Positions 40,266 through 47,891 of a DNA stretch of 64,000 nucleotides are shown here, in pieces (the first letter of the stretch is position 1; each line of letters opens with the position of its first letter). The position numbers were made by a program, and so were the translations under genes. The DNA lies in the IMG/VR virus record IMGVR_UViG_3300009545_000018, positions 248,001 to 312,000 of that record; one strand, written 5' to 3'. Below the pieces are notes generated by a model, which worked only from the letters and a program-made list of their open reading frames with translations, was not told the DNA's origin and ran no database searches.

Positions 40266-41377
40266 TGTCAAGTAACAGTGAAATTAGATTTTATACAGAT
40301 GCAATGATAGTTGAAACATTATTATCAGATATTGAAATTTATAAAAAAGCTGATGCTGGAACAATATCTCAACTTACTGATTCTGTTAAAAATTATGTTT
40401 CAAATCATATTGATCCAGAAGATCGTACTGGTAGTGTTCTTAATATGTTGGCGCCAGGTGCCATTTCTATGATGTTTAAAGCTATGGGTTTTGGCAAAAT
40501 AGGTTTATTGTTTGGTTTGGCAGCAAGTGTATTCCATATTGATGTTACTGGAATTTTATCATCTATTTATGATGAAATTAAATCTTTATTATCAAGTGGT
40601 AAACAAATAACTTCTTCACAAATTGATGGTTTAGTAAATTCTGCTGTTCAATCTCGCGGCGGAGGAGAAGCTGATTTATCACAAATTCAAACAGCTTCTA
40701 TACAAGAACAATTAAAAGATGTTAAATTTTTAAAAATATCTTTAATATCTTATGATAAAGATATTGTTAATATTGAAAAAAGTGCAGACTTTACAATAAC
40801 CTCTTCAAGAAAAGATAAGACACTCAATATTTTAGGAAGAGTATTAAGCTGGGTCTTTAAAATTGTTCTGTCGAGTGGTGGATTTATGGTTGCGGGCGAT
40901 GCAGTTAATAAATTTTTGGGTAGACCCAATGCTTTTGATGGAAGTATTAAAAATAATAAACCAGTAGAAAATACTGTAATAGAATCCATTCCAAGTAGCA
41001 CTCAACATAAATTTCCTCTTAAAGAAGGATTTATAGATACTAGATATAATATTGGAAATAATAATTGGATTGAAAAAATAAATAATAGTAAGTCTAATAT
41101 TGAAAATATGATAATTGGATTTGCAAAAGAAATTTATAATGGTTTAAATGGTCAAGAGTCTGTTATTAGAAATTCTTCTAAATTTCAAGATATTGTAGAA
41201 GAAATTACTTGGTATAATCATACTGTTGCGGGCGATCCAATTGTTTTTATACCAAAGAAATTTATTTCTAAAAAACAATTAGTAGATAATTTTATTGATG
41301 AAGTGGCGGCAAATTCAAACATTAAACCATCAAATAATTTACAAACAAACCTGCCACAAGGTGCTTATTTAACATAA
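40265..41377 (+). CDS. Protein with Gly-rich hydrophobic helices (ejection-protein candidate)
   Basis: MMFKAMGFGKIGLLFGLAASVFHI; ILGRVLSWVFKIVLSSGGFMVAG. Confidence 0.6.
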   Translation: MSSNSEIRFYTDAMIVETLLSDIEIYKKADAGTISQLTDSVKNYVSNHIDPEDRTGSVLNMLAPGAISMMFKAMGFGKIGLLFGLAASVFHIDVTGILSSIYDEIKSLLSSGKQITSSQIDGLVNSAVQSRGGGEADLSQIQTASIQEQLKDVKFLKISLISYDKDIVNIEKSADFTITSSRKDKTLNILGRVLSWVFKIVLSSGGFMVAGDAVNKFLGRPNAFDGSIKNNKPVENTVIESIPSSTQHKFPLKEGFIDTRYNIGNNNWIEKINNSKSNIENMIIGFAKEIYNGLNGQESVIRNSSKFQDIVEEITWYNHTVAGDPIVFIPKKFISKKQLVDNFIDEVAANSNIKPSNNLQTNLPQGAYLT

Positions 41378-41427
41378 TAGCGCATATAAAGACATCTATT
41401 TGTCAACTATCTTAATGGTGAAAATTA

Positions 41428-42660
41428 ATGAGAAAATCAGATATATTTGAAAGTTTTGTCAAAATAGCCGAAGAAAAGGGATTAATCTCTAAGGATGCGC
41501 CAGATAAAGCTAAAGCTGCCTTGGAAAAAAATCCTAGAATGTCAGCATTAACTGCTGATGACATTACAAAATTATATCATGTTAAACCTGATGCTCCTAA
41601 AGGCATGGAATATGATAAAAATATTATGGAAATTGCTCATCCAAATTCAGTTGTAGTGTCACCATCATATGATAAATTAAATGGATTAGTTGAAAACAAT
41701 ATAGAAAGACAAAATATATTACTTCATATTGTTAATAAACCAACTGATGGATTAAGCATTAATCGCAAATATGCCGAAAAAGATTTAGTATTATCTTTAG
41801 TTAGTTTAGGTAATCATTTAGACAATGTCAATAAAGAAAATTTAAGAATATTAGCAGATACTTGTTTAACACAAGTTGCTGAAAAAACTATTGAAAAAAA
41901 GGCTTTAGCTCCATTGGCTTGGGCAGTTTTAGTGGGAGTTCCATCTTTAATTGGAGCTATTTATGCTCAACAACATCTTCCAAATATTGATCATGGATTT
42001 AGAGAAAATCATATCAAATTAATATCTGAATTAGATGATTTACTAAATTCTAATTCAAATTTTGGTGTTGGCTCTACTTATACAAAATCATTTATAGATA
42101 GTGTTTCTGATTTTAAAAATAAATTAGAAGAATTTTATTCTTTATATTATAAGAACCAAGATATAATTACTAAATTAGAAACTCCAAAAACTGCTAAAGA
42201 TCTAATTCAATTAGCATCAGAACCATCAGGTTCAAATGCGGTTCAGGCATATAATGAATTAGTAAAATCATTTGCAAACATCTTACCACTTATTAATGGT
42301 ATGGAACGTAATTTTAAATCTGAAAGTTTTAAATCTAGGCAAGTAGAAGATAAGGGATTTATTACATCTTTGATTGATAAAACTGAAATATTACATGGAC
42401 CTAATGGATTAATTGCAGATGATTTTCAAGATGTAGTTAATGCAATTCCTCCCTATAAAAAATCTGTACAAGAAATATTAAAAGTTTTTGCTGAAGCTCA
42501 AAATTTACAACATAAAGCCAAAGAAGATTTAGAAAGTGCTGCCACTGAATCTTCACAATTTATAGAGCCTTCTAAGTCAGTTACAGAAGTTGATAATGAG
42601 GCAGATGGCTTAGGTAAAGACCTAGAAGATCTGGGAAAAGAATTTCCAAATATTATATAA
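41428..42660 (+). CDS. Protein with AHP module and one hydrophobic helix
   Basis: IAHPNS; IEKKA-LAPLAWAVLVGVPSLIGAIYA. Confidence 0.65.
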   Translation: MRKSDIFESFVKIAEEKGLISKDAPDKAKAALEKNPRMSALTADDITKLYHVKPDAPKGMEYDKNIMEIAHPNSVVVSPSYDKLNGLVENNIERQNILLHIVNKPTDGLSINRKYAEKDLVLSLVSLGNHLDNVNKENLRILADTCLTQVAEKTIEKKALAPLAWAVLVGVPSLIGAIYAQQHLPNIDHGFRENHIKLISELDDLLNSNSNFGVGSTYTKSFIDSVSDFKNKLEEFYSLYYKNQDIITKLETPKTAKDLIQLASEPSGSNAVQAYNELVKSFANILPLINGMERNFKSESFKSRQVEDKGFITSLIDKTEILHGPNGLIADDFQDVVNAIPPYKKSVQEILKVFAEAQNLQHKAKEDLESAATESSQFIEPSKSVTEVDNEADGLGKDLEDLGKEFPNII

Positions 42661-42778
42661 ATTCTAGGCATAAGAGTATATTTAAGTAATTGCGCATTAA
42701 TTTGCGCTAAATTTGTAAGTTTTAGGTGTAAGTTTATATTGCTAAAAATATTTAGCACAAATTAATTAGGATAAAATC

Positions 42779-43450
42779 ATGGCTCTTAAACCACTTCAAG
42801 CAATTTTGCCATTAGGACAATTCGATGGCTATGACTCTACTACTCTTTCTCTTTTAGGCGGAGAAGTTGTATATTTAGCTGCTGTTACTAACACATCAGC
42901 AACTGATAAAGCAGCTTCTGACGTATTTGATGGATATAACCCAGTTACTACTCGTCCATGTGTCAAGTTAGCAACTACAAACGGCACTGCTGTTCGTCCA
43001 CTAATGTTAGCTGACGAAGGTATTGCTGGTTATGGTACTCTATTTGGTACCGTTGTTGGTGGAACAGTAGGACAAGTATCTACTGGTGGTACTGTATTAG
43101 GACCACATACTGCTACAGGTTCTGGCAAGGTAACTTGTTGGGCACAACCAGGTTTGTATGCTGTTTCTACTGATGCAGTTGACACTACAGCTGGTGGTAT
43201 TTTAACTACCAATACTGCATGTGTTCCAGGTACTCCATTGTACTACAACTCTTCTGGTAAATTAACTTTGACTGCAAATCAAGTTTCTGGTGCTCCAATA
43301 GTTGGATCTTTCGTTGAATTTACTACTGGTGGCTCTTTGGTATCCACTCCAAATAACTTAGTTGGTACATTCAATCCACCAGATGGTGCTTTGACTGTTA
43401 GTGCCCGCAGCTATACTTGGGCAGTATTGTTTTTCAATCCAAATCCATAA
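42779..43450 (+). CDS. Capsid decoration/cement protein (putative)
   Basis: G/T/A-rich beta protein just upstream of MCP, C-ending codon bias, TATGSGKVTCW. Confidence 0.6.
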   Translation: MALKPLQAILPLGQFDGYDSTTLSLLGGEVVYLAAVTNTSATDKAASDVFDGYNPVTTRPCVKLATTNGTAVRPLMLADEGIAGYGTLFGTVVGGTVGQVSTGGTVLGPHTATGSGKVTCWAQPGLYAVSTDAVDTTAGGILTTNTACVPGTPLYYNSSGKLTLTANQVSGAPIVGSFVEFTTGGSLVSTPNNLVGTFNPPDGALTVSARSYTWAVLFFNPNP

Positions 43451-43483
43451 TTTGAATTGATAAAGTAATATGAATGAATAAAT

Positions 43484-43511
43484 AAAAGAGCGAACTTTGG
43501 TTCGCTCTTTT
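43484..43511. terminator. Bidirectional intrinsic terminator
   Basis: AAAAGAGCGAAC-TTTG-GTTCGCTCTTTT between convergent genes. Confidence 0.88.
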
Positions 43512-43560
43512 GCTTTTATAATAACAAAAAAATATAATTAAATTATATAAAGCCATCAAT

Positions 43561-44262
43561 TTATTTTGATAGCTTTTTTAATTCCCAGACAAATTGGTAT
43601 GTTTCGCCATAATTTCTTTTTTTTAAATTAAATCTAATTTCTGGTGAAACATGATCATATCCATTATTAAATTCTGTATTTTCTAATACATTTTGTAGAT
43701 TTATTTCGTTTACAATCTGTAATCCACATTTTTCAATCATTTCTTTTAAAGAAAAATAAGTAAAAAATTTAATATGGGTTTTATCTAATAAACCAGTTTC
43801 CCTATAAGTGAATTTATTATTCCATAAGTCGATTAAGATTGCATTATGAGCTACATTTGGAATGGAAATCCAAATACTACCATTTTCTTTTAATAATGAT
43901 TTGCTTTTATTTAAAATTTCTTCTGGATTATGCAAATGTTCTAGTACATCAGCAAATATAATATAATCTAAATTATTTATTCCACAATTATAAACATGTG
44001 TAAAAAAATCATCTCTTTCTAAATCTCCCCAATATTTTCCATAAAATGATCTATCTGCCCATTGAGAGGCTTGTTTTCCAGCTTTTTCATTATGTTCAAC
44101 AATATAAACAGTACAATTTAAAGTTTCTTTTAAATATTTTGTCATTCTTCCATGAGCACATCCACATTCTAAAACAGAAGAATTAGGGATAATATTCTTT
44201 AATATTGTTGAATTAGAGTTTTCTGACCCCATATCTAACGTAAAATCGTACTGTGTTTCCAT
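43561..44262 (-). CDS. Class I SAM-dependent methyltransferase
   Basis: VLECGCAHG, DYIIFADVLEHL, SIPNVAH, GLLDKTHIKFFT. Confidence 0.9.
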   Translation of the reverse strand: METQYDFTLDMGSENSNSTILKNIIPNSSVLECGCAHGRMTKYLKETLNCTVYIVEHNEKAGKQASQWADRSFYGKYWGDLERDDFFTHVYNCGINNLDYIIFADVLEHLHNPEEILNKSKSLLKENGSIWISIPNVAHNAILIDLWNNKFTYRETGLLDKTHIKFFTYFSLKEMIEKCGLQIVNEINLQNVLENTEFNNGYDHVSPEIRFNLKKRNYGETYQFVWELKKLSK

Positions 44263-44382
44263 AAAAATTAATATAACTCATCTTTTTTTCATAAAAATAG
44301 TAATATTAAGTTATCTAATTAACGCACTTATGTGCAGCTGGCATTTTGCTGGCAATATTTCAAATAAATTAGTGGAGACACA

Positions 44383-45393
44383 ATGAATATGTTTAACAGC
44401 AAAGGCGAAATGAACGCCAGCTCTTTGAAAGATGCTTTAACTCAATTAGTTAAGTATGCTTCTATCCTAGAAGAGAATATGCCAGCTAACGCAGGTTTAG
44501 CCGGTCAACCATCAGTTTCTGATGACAAGCGTGATGAATTAATCTCTCGTGCCATTATGACACAAGATGGTAAAGTTGCTTTAGCTCAAGCTATGGCAAA
44601 CCCAATTCGTAAGAACTTAGATTACCACGGTATTGCTCGTAGAGCCTTAGTAGTTGATCCATTGCCACAAGGTGCAAATCCAACTTACGAACGCGATATT
44701 GACGTTGCTGCCGTAGTTATCTCTTCTAACGGAACTGGTCCAGAGTCTCGCGTATTCGGTGACCGTATCGTAGTTCCAGAATTCGAAATCTTTGCTAACC
44801 CAACTGTACGTATTGCTGAGGTTAAGAGACGTAGATTCAACGTAATTGACCGTGCTGTTCAAAAAGCTCGTCAAGAAATCATGGCACAAGAAGATGCTAA
44901 CATCTTTGCTGCCTTAGATGCCGCTGCTTCTGTTGAAAATACTATAACAGACGTTGCTGATGCTGGTCTTCTAAAGAGAGACTTAGTTGAAATTAAGCAA
45001 CAAATTGATCGTTGGGACTTGGTAACTACCAAGTACTTCATGAACATCTCTGAGTTCACTGATATCTTGAAGTGGGGTTCAGGTGGTGGTCAAGGTACTT
45101 CTGGTGGAGACTTCGATCCAGTAACAATGCGTGAAGTATTGCAAACTGGCTTGTATGCTCATATCTGGGGAACTGATATTATGGTATCTAAGATTGTCCC
45201 ACCTGGCACGATCTATGGTGCGGCCGATCCGGAGTTCGTAGGCGTCATGCCAATTCGTCAAGACATTGAAGTCTTGCCAGCTGATGAACCAAAACAACTT
45301 AAATTAGGTTGGGTTGTTTCTGAGATAATAGGATTGGCTATAGTTAACCCACGTAGTGTTGCAGCAGGTCGTAAGTCAACTACTGTCGCTTAA
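44383..45393 (+). CDS. Major capsid protein (HK97 fold)
   Basis: 336 aa after protease/decoration genes; strong codon bias; PIRKNLDY, PEFEIFANP, QEDANIF, GLAIVNPR; strong RBS and terminator. Confidence 0.85.
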   Translation: MNMFNSKGEMNASSLKDALTQLVKYASILEENMPANAGLAGQPSVSDDKRDELISRAIMTQDGKVALAQAMANPIRKNLDYHGIARRALVVDPLPQGANPTYERDIDVAAVVISSNGTGPESRVFGDRIVVPEFEIFANPTVRIAEVKRRRFNVIDRAVQKARQEIMAQEDANIFAALDAAASVENTITDVADAGLLKRDLVEIKQQIDRWDLVTTKYFMNISEFTDILKWGSGGGQGTSGGDFDPVTMREVLQTGLYAHIWGTDIMVSKIVPPGTIYGAADPEFVGVMPIRQDIEVLPADEPKQLKLGWVVSEIIGLAIVNPRSVAAGRKSTTVA

Positions 45394-45422
45394 TAAGTTA
45401 GCTGAAATAAAGTAATTTAGTG

Positions 45423-45449
45423 AAAGGCACTGTGAAAATAGTGCCTTTT
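45423..45449. terminator. Intrinsic terminator after capsid gene
   Basis: AAAGGCACTGT-GAAA-ATAGTGCCTTTT. Confidence 0.85.
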
Positions 45450-46496
45450 CTATTTTTTGTAATATCTTTTGTTATATCCTCTTGTTCCATCTAAAATTAA
45501 TTTATCAGTTTCAATGTTTTTTAAAAGAAGCTCTTGATATAATTTATATTTACGATCTAAATATATAGATGCATCCATATATAACCAATCCAAAAAATGT
45601 GCAATTTGTCGATTACCAGATGAATTAATTGTGTAAACATTTTTATCTTTAACATCATTATAAGGTTCGCCAAAATTTATATTAGTCGCCCCAGAAATAA
45701 TGTCTTTCATAGATTGACAAAACTCTTTGGTTGAAATTATTTTTAATGTAGTGGAACGAGTTTTCACATTGGTTAATTTTACCCCACCATCTCCATCAAA
45801 ATAACCTCTAATAAAATGTCTTTGTAATTCATGGTTAGTCAGCCATTCTGGGAACTTTATAATTAAACTTTTCTTTTGTGGACTTCCTAACTCTTCTAAT
45901 TTTTGACACATATATTTACTATTAATTGTAAAATAAGAATAATAAAAAATTTTTTCTATATCTTTCTTTTTTCTCACTCTTTTAATTTCTTTAATATGAT
46001 GTTCAGGATTTTCTTTATAAATTAATTTTACTAATTTTTGTAAAATATCTTTATCTTTTTGAGCTAATTCTATTTTAATATAATTGCTTTCTTTACAATT
46101 GAAACCATCAGCATATAAAAATCCTAAGAAATAAGCCTTTTCTTCAGTATCAATATTATCAAAAAAATGTTCATCAATTTCATATTTACGATGACATTCT
46201 TCAGCACTTCGCCTATTAATGTTATTTTTTTCTAAATATCTTAAAATTAAAGTATTTTGAACGTTGAATTTTTTAGCTATTTTTGGAGCTGATAATCCCT
46301 GTTGGTACATTTCTATAATTTTTAATTCATCTTCAATTTGAATTTTCTTACGAAGAATTAGTCGTCTTTTAATTCCATTCTTTTTAAGAATTTTTAAAAT
46401 ACTATTTGGATGAATATTGAACTGTTTTGCAATAGTATCAGATCCTAAACCTGAAGTATAAAGCTCAATTATTTTTTGTATATCTTGTGGTGTCAT
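45450..46496 (-). CDS. Free-standing LAGLIDADG homing endonuclease with two N-terminal HTHs
   Basis: KAYFLGFLYADG, HFIRGYFDGDG; IIELYTSG..IAKQF and IIEMYQQG..IAKKF. Confidence 0.9.
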   Translation of the reverse strand: MTPQDIQKIIELYTSGLGSDTIAKQFNIHPNSILKILKKNGIKRRLILRKKIQIEDELKIIEMYQQGLSAPKIAKKFNVQNTLILRYLEKNNINRRSAEECHRKYEIDEHFFDNIDTEEKAYFLGFLYADGFNCKESNYIKIELAQKDKDILQKLVKLIYKENPEHHIKEIKRVRKKKDIEKIFYYSYFTINSKYMCQKLEELGSPQKKSLIIKFPEWLTNHELQRHFIRGYFDGDGGVKLTNVKTRSTTLKIISTKEFCQSMKDIISGATNINFGEPYNDVKDKNVYTINSSGNRQIAHFLDWLYMDASIYLDRKYKLYQELLLKNIETDKLILDGTRGYNKRYYKK

Positions 46497-46540
46497 TTAT
46501 TTTTCCATAATTTCTATCACTACCCACACTATATATCTTA

Positions 46541-47788
46541 TTATTGTAATGTTTTGACCAATTGTAATAAATCTTCTTTATTATTTTTTTCAGGAAATTT
46601 TAAAATCTCCGCATAACATTCATCTAATATTTTTTTAATATCTGGACCTTGTTTAATTCCAAAAGATATTAAATCATTACCATCTATTTGTAATTCTTTT
46701 CTAGAAAATATAGTCACTGACCTATACTCTTCTAAGATACTCTTTAAATCAATATTAAGCGCTTCAGTTAAAGTTATAAATTGACTTAGAGTGTACTCCC
46801 AAGGATCAGGCGCTGCATTTTTAATAAGCACCATAATTGAAATATACGTCTCCTTATCTACACAGACTCGAAGGTGTCCCTTTAAGGATGATAATAATTC
46901 TAATTGAAAAATAATTCTTTTAATTTCTTTATTAGACAATTTTAATGATTTAAAATCAACTACAGCATCATCAATAGGAATATTATGATACAATAATGCT
47001 ATTTTGGTTTCTAAATCTCCGCTGCAGTTTTGTAAATCTGGTGGAAAATCTTCATTATCAAAACTTCCCATTAAAGAACGACAAACTAAATTAAAAATGC
47101 CAGTATCTTTTAAAATATTTAAACCGTAAAAAACATGTTTAGTCATTAAAGTTTTGCATAACTCATCTTTAATTCGCTCTTTAGATACCTGCCTTAAAGT
47201 TAACAAGTTATAACTCATTGCTTTGAAGGTTTTTTCTTCAATTTCATAACCAAATCTAGCAGCAAATCTTGCTACTCGCATGATTCTTAAACCATCTTCT
47301 TTAAAACGATCATCAGCCACCCCAACAGCTTTAATAATTTTGTTTTCTAAATCATTAATTCCATCAAATGGATCAATTAATTGATGAGAAATTGGATTAA
47401 AAGCAATAGCATTAATAGTCAAATCTCTTCTAGCTAAATCTTCTTTTATGTTTTTAACAAAAGTTACACTTTCAGGTCTACGACCATCTAAATATTCACC
47501 TTCAGTTCTAAAAGTTGTAACTTCAAATTGATTTTCTGTACCTTCTCCCATAGCAACGGTAATAGTGCCATGTTCTAATCCCGTTAAATAATGTTTTGGA
47601 AATAATTCCATTATTTTTTCTGGAGTAGCATTGGTACAAATATCCCAATCTTTGGGAATTTGTTGTAATAGAAGATCTCGGACACATCCTCCAACTATAA
47701 AAGCATCATATTTGTGATTTTGCAATATTTCACAAATTAAAGTTGCATTTTTATTTATTTTTTCAGGATTTATTTTTAAATTTTGCAT
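46541..47788 (-). CDS. cca: CCA-adding tRNA nucleotidyltransferase
   Basis: VGGCVRD, DWDI, EVTTFRTEGEYLDGRRP, RRDLTINA, EDGLRIMR. Confidence 0.92.
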   Translation of the reverse strand: MQNLKINPEKINKNATLICEILQNHKYDAFIVGGCVRDLLLQQIPKDWDICTNATPEKIMELFPKHYLTGLEHGTITVAMGEGTENQFEVTTFRTEGEYLDGRRPESVTFVKNIKEDLARRDLTINAIAFNPISHQLIDPFDGINDLENKIIKAVGVADDRFKEDGLRIMRVARFAARFGYEIEEKTFKAMSYNLLTLRQVSKERIKDELCKTLMTKHVFYGLNILKDTGIFNLVCRSLMGSFDNEDFPPDLQNCSGDLETKIALLYHNIPIDDAVVDFKSLKLSNKEIKRIIFQLELLSSLKGHLRVCVDKETYISIMVLIKNAAPDPWEYTLSQFITLTEALNIDLKSILEEYRSVTIFSRKELQIDGNDLISFGIKQGPDIKKILDECYAEILKFPEKNNKEDLLQLVKTLQ

Positions 47789-47891
47789 TAGTACAACGTA
47801 TATTTTATAAAAAGGCTGTCAAGAGGCACTTAAAAATACGGTTAAGCTAATAATTAAACATATTCTTGAGTTATTTGATTGGGTTAACTTA

